The translations under genes were made by a program, and so were the position numbers. A stretch of DNA of 64,000 bases from Patescibacteria group bacterium (GTDB lineage: Bacteria > Patescibacteriota > Patescibacteriia > Magasanikbacterales > UBA922): assembly GCA_028687045.1 (NCBI GenBank), contig JAQUAW010000001.1, positions 2,034 to 66,033 of the forward strand, written 5' to 3'. The number at the start of each line of letters is the position of its first letter. Position 1 is the stretch's first letter. This document shows, piece by piece, positions 29,284 through 37,436 of the stretch. A model generated the notes under the pieces. It had not been told where the DNA came from and did not search any database. It saw only the letters and a program-made list of their open reading frames with translations.

Positions 29284-29320
29284 ATATCCGCGTAAATATC
29301 CGTTTAATCTGCGTTTTTAA
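29284..29320. repeat. Four phased TCCGCGT-like units with a 10-11-bp period
   Basis: TCCGCGTatatCCGCGTaaataTCCGTTTaaTCTGCGT. Related units occur at 46213..46239 and 19271..19287. Confidence 0.5.
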
Positions 29321-29463
29321 ACTCCACAATTACATCCACCACAACAACTGTCTTCTTTTTCTGTTTCCTCGTCACAAGCGCAAAAACCTTCATTATTGCA
29401 ACAGGTATCTTCTTGCTTTGGCTCTTCTTGTGAATCTTTTTCTTCTTTTGTTTCGTCTGACAT
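29317..29463 (-). CDS. Candidate 48-aa micro-protein: acidic N-terminus and a C-terminus with 8 Cys (…TCCNNEGFCACDEETEKEDSCCGGCNCGV). Not in the ORF track because it is under 60 aa.
   Basis: The ATG lies 13 bp downstream of the stop of 29477..30676 on the same strand, and the frame is open for 147 nt. Confidence 0.35.
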   Translation of the reverse strand: MSDETKEEKDSQEEPKQEDTCCNNEGFCACDEETEKEDSCCGGCNCGV

Positions 29464-29476
29464 ATATTTATTTTAG

Positions 29477-30676
29477 TTATTTAAGTAAATTTGGATACTT
29501 TTGAAAAAACATCTCCAAAACCTGACCATTTAGTCTGTAAACTTGATTTTCCTCGTCTTTCGTTACCCACATAGTATCTAGCAAATTTTGCATTATGCCT
29601 TCATTACTTAATGCAAAAGGCAGTTTTTTTCCCTGCATTATTTTTTTCAAAACATCCCTTTCTTCATCATTAAAAGTTTTTTGAAAAACTTGTCTATAAT
29701 GGTTAAATATGTTGTCAAAGTTTCTCTCTATTCTTTCAATGACATCTTCCATATCACTAGCCGTATAATTTAATTTCTTTACGTCAACAGAACAAAATTC
29801 AGCCAAAAATTCATTGACAAAATAATTTATTTCTCTAGCTTTACCACCGGTAAACTCGTAAATTTTTTCTATGGCATCAGGGGCAAAAGTAAGATAGCTC
29901 CCTTCCAAGTCTTTTTCTACTAATAATCTTGTCTCTTCCAAAGTAAGTGGTCTAATATAAAATTCTTGATAATCCTCACCAAATATTTTTTGTAACATCT
30001 TATTATTTTCTATATCTACAAAATGCAATACCAAAGCTATCTGCAGTTCATCCAAATTACCTAAACTTGCGATATATCTCAAAAATCCCTCATTATCTAT
30101 AACATTGACTACCTCATCAATGGCTATAAAACATTTAATATTATTATCTTTTAGATATTGATTTAAATACTCAAACGGTGTTTGTCCACTTTCTGTAATT
30201 TTTTCTCTTATTTCCTCAATACTAGCTTGTTTACCTTGTTCAATCTCTTTTTGACGAATAAATTTACAAACTTCATACAATCCAAATCGTTTTTTAAAAT
30301 AGTCTAAACTACTATCTGAAAGAATCGGAATAGCGTCAAACTTGATAGAATTATCTGCACCAAAGTCATTGACCAAGGAATTCAACATACTACTTTTGCC
30401 AATCCTTTTGAGACCTCTTATTGCTACATTTTGTCCAGCGAGTAAAGTATCTTGAATTTTCTTTTCTTGATCCAGACGAACAATACTTCTTTCTATACTG
30501 GCTTCACGTGTAATTCTTTCTCTTGTTTTTTCAAGATGAACTTCAAAAATTTCAGGTGATAATCTTGCTCTTACTTCTTCTAAAGTCAGTTCTTTTTCTT
30601 GTTGCTCAGTACTTTCATTCATTGTTAGTTTTTCTTCCTCTGGCACAAAAGGAAGATAATTATCACCTGTACCCAT
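29477..30676 (-). CDS. AAA+/P-loop ATPase of unknown function
   Basis: Walker A IRGLKRIGKSSML and Walker B CFIAIDEV. 399 aa. Confidence 0.55.
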   Translation of the reverse strand: MGTGDNYLPFVPEEEKLTMNESTEQQEKELTLEEVRARLSPEIFEVHLEKTRERITREASIERSIVRLDQEKKIQDTLLAGQNVAIRGLKRIGKSSMLNSLVNDFGADNSIKFDAIPILSDSSLDYFKKRFGLYEVCKFIRQKEIEQGKQASIEEIREKITESGQTPFEYLNQYLKDNNIKCFIAIDEVVNVIDNEGFLRYIASLGNLDELQIALVLHFVDIENNKMLQKIFGEDYQEFYIRPLTLEETRLLVEKDLEGSYLTFAPDAIEKIYEFTGGKAREINYFVNEFLAEFCSVDVKKLNYTASDMEDVIERIERNFDNIFNHYRQVFQKTFNDEERDVLKKIMQGKKLPFALSNEGIMQNLLDTMWVTKDEENQVYRLNGQVLEMFFQKYPNLLK

Positions 30677-30733
30677 AATATAAAAAATATAGTTGATTTA
30701 TGAAACTATAATATCATCTCTATAATACCCAAG

Positions 30734-32518
30734 TCAAGCCATAAAACCACCAACTTGAATATCCCACAAATTACGATAAATACCATTTTTTTTCTTCAAA
30801 AGTACTTTGTGTGAACCTTGTTCAAGAATTCCACCTTGTTCTATCACCAAAATTCTATTTGAATTCATAATAGTCGAAAGTCTGTGTGCGACGATAATGA
30901 CAGTCTTACCTTTCATCAGATTTCCCAAAGCATCTTGGATAAGCTTTTCTGACTTAGAATCTAAACTAGAAGTTGCTTCGTCCAAAATCAAAATTGGGGA
31001 ATTTTTTAGTATTGCTCGAGCTATAGCTACGCGCTGTCTTTCACCGCCCGAAAGCTTGATACCTCTTTCTCCTACCAAAGTATTGTAACCATCTGCCAAA
31101 TTCAAAATAAAATCATGAGCATTGGCTTGCTTGGCAACAGACATCACTTCTTCATCACTAGCATCTGGTTTAGCATAACGAATATTTTCCATGATACTTC
31201 TATGAAAAAGCATCGGGTCTTGTGGCACAAGACTGACATTTTGCCATAAACTTTCTTGCGTACACTTGGCAATGTTTTGTCCATCTATCAGAATTTTTCC
31301 ACCAGAAATATCATGTTGACGTAAAAGCAATTTTACAATAGTAGACTTCCCTGCACCTGAGGAACCAACGAGGGCTATTTTTTCTTGAGGCTTGATTACC
31401 AAATCCATTTTTTTGATTATTTCTCTAGTTTTGTTGTAAGCAAAAGAAACTTCTTTGAATTCTATTTTACCTGTCGTAACTTGTAATTTTTTGGCATTTT
31501 TGACATCTTGTATGTCATAAGGCATATTTAGTATCTCAGTCATTTCTTCGGCGTCAGCCAGTGATTCATAAAAATCTCTAATTACACGACCAAAGCCAAA
31601 AAACTTTTCAAAAATAATAATAAGATAAGATTGAATCAAAATAAAATCACCAACTGTAATACTACCAGCTTGCCAAACTTTGACAGCATAAAACAACATC
31701 ACGATTTCCAACAAAATCATCAACATCCATTGTATACCATCAAACCAAGTGGAAATGTCCCAAGAAAATTTTCTTATTTTCCTTAGATCTTCTGTTTTTT
31801 GTTCAAATTCTTTACACTCTCTACCATAACCAACCAACAACTTTACATTGGTATTATTAGTAAAAGAATCAGCCAAAAAAGCTCCAACCTTGGAATCTAG
31901 CTGACTTCTCTCAAAATCATATTTTAATTTGAATTTACTAAAAAAGTAACTAGTCAAAACAAAGATGAATATCCAAGAAATTATTATTAAAGCAAAAAAC
32001 TTGTTACGACTAAATAAGACAATAGAAATAAGTGTAACATTGATAATGATAGGCAAAAGATCCCAAATTATTCTATCTGAAATTCTATCAAAAGCTTGTA
32101 CAAATCTACCAACTTTTTTTACCAGAGAACCTACGAAGCTGTTGTTGAAAAAAGAAAAAGAATGTTTGTGAACTTTGGAAAAACAAGCATCATTCAAATC
32201 TTTTAGACTGTCTGTGCTAAACTTTATGTACAAAAAAGCCATGACACGGATAAAAAACCACTGCAAAATTTTTATACCCAAAATAATAAATAATGTGGTA
32301 TAGAGAATCTCAACATTAGGATTAGTAGACAAGACATCAAAAAACTTTTTGTACCAATAAGGAGCCAATATTGAAAAAGCATCACCAATCAATAACAACA
32401 AAAACATAGACATAAAGCTCCATTTGTATTTCCAAGCTTGTTGCCAATAAATTTTCAAAGTTATTTTGGTATTATTTTTCATAAGTAATTTATTTTTTTT
32501 GCAATAAAAAAACGTCAA
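30734..32518 (-). CDS. ABC exporter with fused permease and ATPase (MsbA-like half transporter)
   Basis: Six-TM N-terminal half, then GSSGAGKST Walker A, LSGGERQRVAIARAIL signature and ILILDEATS Walker B. Confidence 0.85.
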   Translation of the reverse strand: MTFFYCKKNKLLMKNNTKITLKIYWQQAWKYKWSFMSMFLLLLIGDAFSILAPYWYKKFFDVLSTNPNVEILYTTLFIILGIKILQWFFIRVMAFLYIKFSTDSLKDLNDACFSKVHKHSFSFFNNSFVGSLVKKVGRFVQAFDRISDRIIWDLLPIIINVTLISIVLFSRNKFFALIIISWIFIFVLTSYFFSKFKLKYDFERSQLDSKVGAFLADSFTNNTNVKLLVGYGRECKEFEQKTEDLRKIRKFSWDISTWFDGIQWMLMILLEIVMLFYAVKVWQAGSITVGDFILIQSYLIIIFEKFFGFGRVIRDFYESLADAEEMTEILNMPYDIQDVKNAKKLQVTTGKIEFKEVSFAYNKTREIIKKMDLVIKPQEKIALVGSSGAGKSTIVKLLLRQHDISGGKILIDGQNIAKCTQESLWQNVSLVPQDPMLFHRSIMENIRYAKPDASDEEVMSVAKQANAHDFILNLADGYNTLVGERGIKLSGGERQRVAIARAILKNSPILILDEATSSLDSKSEKLIQDALGNLMKGKTVIIVAHRLSTIMNSNRILVIEQGGILEQGSHKVLLKKKNGIYRNLWDIQVGGFMA

Positions 32519-33236
32519 TAGTATTATACACCTTTTGACGTTTTTTTAAAATAGTTTTTTTAAAAAATAAAAAACAATAATAAAAAATAATTATTGTTTA
32601 TCTTTAAAATCTTATAATTATTATTTACAAAATAAATTATAAAAAATTCAAATTACAATAATTAACAAATCTTTTGTCAAAATCAATCTAAATTTTTGTT
32701 TCAAAAAACCAAAACTTAGATTGATTGAGACGACGTACCTCCTTTGTTAAAGTAATCTCAATCCTCCTTTTGTTCTTCTTTTTTTTCGATGAGCCCTCAC
32801 AATGGGGGCTTTACCGAAGAATGGTGTTGAATGGCTCTGCCAAACACCACCACAAAGCTGAACCGAGCTACAAGAGGATGATCGGAACCCTCCACTTTAA
32901 ACTCGTATATACCAGACGTAACAAAAATAAACAGAAAATTATGATGCACTTCTTCGACTACTCGGCACTGTGGCCGCTTAGCCAAAAAGTGAATCATATA
33001 CATCAAAACGCCTTCATGCGTTTTGATGTGTTGACCACAAAAAGTTGGAAGAAAAGAGATACTACGTAGGTGATAAAGTCTGCAAACAGTCTTGATATCT
33101 CCACTGTTCACAGCACCAACACACCTCCCTAAAAAAGCTGTATTGCGCCGCCACGACTCTGTCGCGGCAGCTAAAAATAGAAACAAAGCCAAGAAAGGCA
33201 CTGTTGCCAAAAGATCCACCTGGACCTCCTAGAAAT

Positions 33237-33458
33237 GCGACTTCACAACGTGAGAACTTCTCACGCCATTCAGTCGCTGGTTTCTATCTAAAAAATAGAC
33301 AAAAATCAGCAACTGAATTTTTTGGCACGCACAAAATCATACTCTCCGACATATCCACTGTCAATTACTATATCCTTGACAGAGTGTAATTTGTCGTTCT
33401 ATTTGTAAAAGTTCTCTATACAAAAAAATACACCTAATTTAATAGATGTATTTTTTTT
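33237..33458. repeat. Copy 1 of a 210-220-bp direct repeat. It contains a GC-rich nested hairpin, a degenerate TTGACA palindrome and a terminal hairpin with a T run.
   Basis: About 90% identical to 33650..33866. Starts GCGACTTCACAACGTGAGAACTTCTCACGCCATTCAGTCGC. Confidence 0.7.
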
Positions 33459-33649
33459 GCCCCTCCTTTCCTCCTTTGTGTATGTGAATGGTTGGGCAAT
33501 TACCTCAAGCGGATCCCCAATAGCGGGAATCTCCACCTGAAGCCCCTGATTTCCGGCGGCTGTTTAGCCAGCCGGAAACCATCAACAACACAATGACGGG
33601 AGACACTCCCGCCAAAAACTCCAAAAAGCTCATGTGAGCCTCCGAAACG

Positions 33650-33866
33650 GCGACTTCGCAACGTGAGTACTTCCCACGCCATTCAGTCGCTAGTTTCTAT
33701 CTAAAAAATAGACAAAAATCAGCAACTGAATTTTTTAGCACGCACAAAATAATACTCTTTGACATATCCACTGTCAATTACTTTACCCTTGACAAATTTC
33801 AATTTGTCGTTCTATTTGTAAAAGTTATTTATATAAAAAAATACACCTATTTTCTAGGTGTATTTT
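33650..33866. repeat. Copy 2 of the same direct repeat. It contains the perfect palindrome CTTGACAAATTTCAATTTGTCG and the terminator TACACCTAttttcTAGGTGTATTTT.
   Basis: Aligns to copy 1 with a 413-bp period. Confidence 0.7.
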
Positions 33867-33885
33867 AATTAATTTATTTTAATTT

Positions 33886-35160
33886 CTAAACAAGATAACG
33901 TAAGAAAATATAGACAGTACACATCACCAAAGCTACAAAAGTCAAAGGTAATGCCATCTTCATATACTCCCAAAAACCAATACCATGACCTTCTTTACTA
34001 GCAATACCACTTACTACAACATTGGCTGAAGCACCAACCAAGGTCGCATTTCCACCAATATCAGCACCAAGAGCCAATGCCCACCAAATTGGTGCCAAAG
34101 GTAGTCCTGCAATAGTTCCTAAATCTTTGACAAGTGGGATCATAGTAGCTACAAATGGAATATTATCAATTACAGCTGAAAATATAGCTGAACCCCACAA
34201 AACACTCAAAGTAGTAGCTGTCATGTTTCCACCAGTAAGATTTAGCAAACCTTCAGCCAACATACGAATAGCGCCAACTTCTTCTAGAGCTACAACCAAG
34301 ATGAAAAGTCCCATGAAGAAAAATATTGTAGTCCATTCTACTTCTTTCAAATGTTCTTCTGGATCATGCATGGTCAAAAGCAACATAAGAGCAGCACCAC
34401 CAAGAGCGATAGTAGCACCTTCTAAATGAGTTACACTATGGGTAAAAAATCCAACCAAAACTATAGCCAAGACAAATAATGCTTTTTTTAACAATTTTAC
34501 GTCAGACAAAGCTTCTCTTGGATTAAATTTTGCGATAGTAGCTTGTGCTTCTGCAGTAGCCACAAGTTGCTTGCGATAAATGAAAACCAAAAGTGCAATA
34601 GTAACAATAGAAACAAGAACAGAAATAGGTCCAAGATTAACCAAAAAATCATTGAAAGTAAGACCACTAGCACTACCAATAAGAATGTTTGGCGGATCTC
34701 CGATAAGAGTAGCTGTACCACCAATATTGGCCAACAAAATAGCACCTATAAGAAATGGCTTAGGGTGAATTTTCAAATTATGAGCAACCACAAAAGTGAC
34801 TGGTATCATAAGAAGTACAGTAGTCACATTGTCGAGCAAAGCAGAAAAAACAGCAACAATAGTTAGTAATAATATATATATTTTTACAGGGTTACCCTTA
34901 CCAACTTTGGTAGCCCAGATAGCCACATATTGAAACATACCACTGTGTTTGGCTATTCCCACAATAATCATCATACCAATCAAAAGGCCTAGAGTATTGA
35001 AGTCAATCCCCTCAATTGCTTTTTCTTGTGTCACAATACCAAGCAAAACCATCAATCCCGCACCAGCCATAGCAATGACAGTACGATGAATTTTTTCAGA
35101 GATGATAATAGCGTAAGTAGTAATAAAGACAACAAGTGTAATCCAAAAAAAGATTCCCAT
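33886..35160 (-). CDS. ArsB/NhaD-superfamily ion transporter permease
   Basis: 424 aa, about 10-12 TM helices, with a duplicated internal-repeat architecture typical of the ArsB/NhaD/CitMHS group. Confidence 0.65.
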   Translation of the reverse strand: MGIFFWITLVVFITTYAIIISEKIHRTVIAMAGAGLMVLLGIVTQEKAIEGIDFNTLGLLIGMMIIVGIAKHSGMFQYVAIWATKVGKGNPVKIYILLLTIVAVFSALLDNVTTVLLMIPVTFVVAHNLKIHPKPFLIGAILLANIGGTATLIGDPPNILIGSASGLTFNDFLVNLGPISVLVSIVTIALLVFIYRKQLVATAEAQATIAKFNPREALSDVKLLKKALFVLAIVLVGFFTHSVTHLEGATIALGGAALMLLLTMHDPEEHLKEVEWTTIFFFMGLFILVVALEEVGAIRMLAEGLLNLTGGNMTATTLSVLWGSAIFSAVIDNIPFVATMIPLVKDLGTIAGLPLAPIWWALALGADIGGNATLVGASANVVVSGIASKEGHGIGFWEYMKMALPLTFVALVMCTVYIFLRYLV

Positions 35161-35187
35161 ATAGTTTATAAATCTTTATTATATTTA

Positions 35188-35658
35188 TTAATGAATTCCG
35201 AGTACACGAGCGATAGCTTTTTTGATATCAGTACGATTGATATAGCCAACCAATTTTTCTTCAGCATCGACTACTGGAATTTGACGAATCTTGAATTCAG
35301 AAAGCATAGTAGCAGCTTCCATCAAAGTATGACTTTCTTTGATAGTGTGAACCTCTTTGGTCATAAATTTGGTAATAGGTTCATCAGCAACTTCTTTGAT
35401 TCTAACACTAAATTCTTCAGCCGCCTCAAAAGAAGCTAAATGTTTGTCTTCTTCCAAATAATCTGGAACTACATATTGAATCAAATCCATACTAGACAAA
35501 ATCCCTTTTACATATTTTTCATCGTCAACGACAACCACTCCATTGGTACGACCGTCAACCATTTTTTGCAATGCTTCTCTAAAAGTAGCATTAATATTTA
35601 CTGTTGTCACAACATCTTGCATGTTGTTTTTGACAAGATATTTTTCTTGTTCTGTCAT
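35188..35658 (-). CDS. Tandem CBS-domain protein
   Basis: 156 aa with two CBS-like motifs (GVVVVDDEKYVKGILS; IPVVDAEEKLVGYINRTD). Sits directly upstream of the permease. Confidence 0.7.
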   Translation of the reverse strand: MTEQEKYLVKNNMQDVVTTVNINATFREALQKMVDGRTNGVVVVDDEKYVKGILSSMDLIQYVVPDYLEEDKHLASFEAAEEFSVRIKEVADEPITKFMTKEVHTIKESHTLMEAATMLSEFKIRQIPVVDAEEKLVGYINRTDIKKAIARVLGIH

Positions 35659-35781
35659 ATATTCTATATATTATATATAAATTAAATTGCTTTTTGCATT
35701 ATTTCTAATTTAGAACATACAACATTATAAGATAATTTTAGTATAATTTCAAGGGTAACAGTGGATAAATATTTAAACAAC

Positions 35782-35819
35782 AAAAAATACCAGATTGTAA
35801 CTGGTATTCTTTATTTTTT
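35782..35819. terminator. Bidirectional rho-independent terminator
   Basis: ACCAGATTGTAACTGGT hairpin with an A run on one side and a T run on the other. Confidence 0.6.
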
Positions 35820-35840
35820 ATTTCTAATAAACAATCATTC

Positions 35841-37436
35841 TTATAAATCGTTTCCTGTATATGACATATTGAAACTTTTATTAATCAAAGGAAAATCTGG
35901 CACAATATTGTTCAAACCAGCCTCACCCAAAGCTGACCAGTTGACAAAGGAAGGATCTCTTGGAAATACTCTACTAATATTGCCTTGTGCGTCTGTAGCT
36001 ACGAAATAAGATATCTCTCCACGCCAACCTTCCACCATACTTACAGCATAAGCACTTTTTTGCAAAATAAGGCTAGTAATATTGGCTACAATAATCTCTC
36101 CCTCAGGTATTTTTTGCAAAGATTCTTGTACTATTTCCAATGATTTACGAATTTCTTTTAAACGAATCTGAAATCTAGCGTTGACATCACCCTCTTCTTC
36201 TACAGGTATTTGCCCCATAGAAACTTCGGCGTAAGCAGCATAAGGGTGATCAACACGTGTATCATGTTTTACACCTACAGCTCTACCAGCGACACCCAGA
36301 GTACCTTGGTTATTAGCTACTTCTAGAGAAATGATGCCTGTACCTTTTAGACGATTCAAAAGTGATGCACTATCTTCAGCGATAGCAATCACTTCTTCAA
36401 AATCTTTAGCAATTTTTATCAGTTCTTTACTTAGATAATCTTGTTCACTTTTGTTTAAATCTTTTTTTACACCACCAATAGTATTTACACTACGCAAAAA
36501 TCTACTTTTTGTTAATTTTTCATTTATTTGCATCATCATTTCACGCAAACGTGATCCATTGGCTCCACCAAAACTGAAACCAGTATCCATCATAATAGCT
36601 CCAATATCACCAAAATGATTAGCTAGTCTTTCAAGTTCAGCAAAAATGGTTCTCAAATACAAAGCACGTTTTGGCACTTCAATTCCAGCTAATTTTTCTA
36701 TAGTTTGACAAAAAGCTAAAGAATGACTAAAAGAACTATCACCAGAAATTTTTTCTGACAAACGTATCTTATTTTCCAAAGACAAAACTTCAAATAATTT
36801 TTCACTACCTTTGTGTACATATCCCAAACGTGGTTCAAGTTGCACAATACTTTCTCCAGCCATACTAAAACGAAAATGACCAGGTTCGATAATACCAGCA
36901 TGAATTGGTCCAACAGGAATTTCATAAATCCCCTCACCTTTTACTTCTTGAAATTCATATTTACCGGTTACTTCTTTCAATTTGGTTTTCCATTCAAAAT
37001 CTTTTCTAAGAGGAAAAACATTACTTGGATAATTTTCATGCAAAATAAGCGGTCTATTGTCTGGAATATCTGTAGCTACTAAACCAAAAAAAGTCTGAAT
37101 TCTTCTTTCGTAGTTTAATATTTCAGGTACAAGGTTAGCCAATGAAGGAAAATCAGTAGTATTTTTCAATTCAATAAAAGGACAGATAAAAAAATTATCA
37201 CCAGGTACAGCAAATAAATACCAAATTTTGAAAGCTCCTTTTTCTTTTCTTTCGTCTGTAGCGGTGACTAGCTTAAGTGAAAGTTTTTTTTGATTATGTA
37301 ACTCTCCTACAATTTCAGCTATTTGTGTAGAAGATACTTCGAAGATAGCCAAGTTATCGTGATACTCTACGTTAGCATTCTTTGGAAGGTATGATTGTAT
37401 TTTTTCTTTTATCATATTAGTATTGCAAAACAGCAT
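35841..37436 (-). CDS. Fused NuoC-like/NuoD-like subunit, homologous to the group-4 [NiFe]-hydrogenase large subunit but lacking the Ni-binding cysteines (Ehr large subunit-like)
   Basis: VGPIHAGIIEPGHFRF and LGYVHKGSEK are NuoD/HycE-like. The L1 position reads KISGDSSFSH where hydrogenases have RxCGxCxxxH. The C-terminus has no CxxC. Confidence 0.7.
   Translation of the reverse strand: MLFCNTNMIKEKIQSYLPKNANVEYHDNLAIFEVSSTQIAEIVGELHNQKKLSLKLVTATDERKEKGAFKIWYLFAVPGDNFFICPFIELKNTTDFPSLANLVPEILNYERRIQTFFGLVATDIPDNRPLILHENYPSNVFPLRKDFEWKTKLKEVTGKYEFQEVKGEGIYEIPVGPIHAGIIEPGHFRFSMAGESIVQLEPRLGYVHKGSEKLFEVLSLENKIRLSEKISGDSSFSHSLAFCQTIEKLAGIEVPKRALYLRTIFAELERLANHFGDIGAIMMDTGFSFGGANGSRLREMMMQINEKLTKSRFLRSVNTIGGVKKDLNKSEQDYLSKELIKIAKDFEEVIAIAEDSASLLNRLKGTGIISLEVANNQGTLGVAGRAVGVKHDTRVDHPYAAYAEVSMGQIPVEEEGDVNARFQIRLKEIRKSLEIVQESLQKIPEGEIIVANITSLILQKSAYAVSMVEGWRGEISYFVATDAQGNISRVFPRDPSFVNWSALGEAGLNNIVPDFPLINKSFNMSYTGNDL

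Noticed and set aside
32495-32545. An inverted repeat (AAAAACGTCAA…TTGACGTTTTT) spanning the ABC exporter start codon as a translational control element
   Set aside because: It is a single occurrence made of A and T runs, so it could easily arise by chance in AT-rich DNA. I noted it but did not promote it.
32725-33219. Overlapping GC-rich ORFs of 114 aa (plus strand) and 140 aa (minus strand) offered by the ORF track
   Set aside because: They are mutually antisense and have no recognisable domain. The region has atypical composition, where long open frames arise by chance. I treat it as a non-coding or foreign-DNA island instead.
32740-33700. tmRNA or RNase P RNA in the GC-rich island
   Set aside because: I could not find the tRNA-like T-arm (GGTTCGAATCC), a tag reading frame ending in ALAA, or the RNase P P4 motifs (AGGAAAGTCCGGGC / ACAGAACCCGGCTTA). 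Identity is left open pending an Rfam scan.
33237-33866. Possible CRISPR array
   Set aside because: There are only two repeat units, each about 215 bp long and containing promoter-like and terminator-like elements. That is far too long and too few for CRISPR repeats, and no cas genes are present.
35841-37436. A functional [NiFe] hydrogenase large subunit
   Set aside because: The L1 RxCGxCxxxH position is KISGDSSFSH and there is no C-terminal DPCxxC motif, so it cannot bind Ni-Fe. It is classified as Ehr/NuoD-like.
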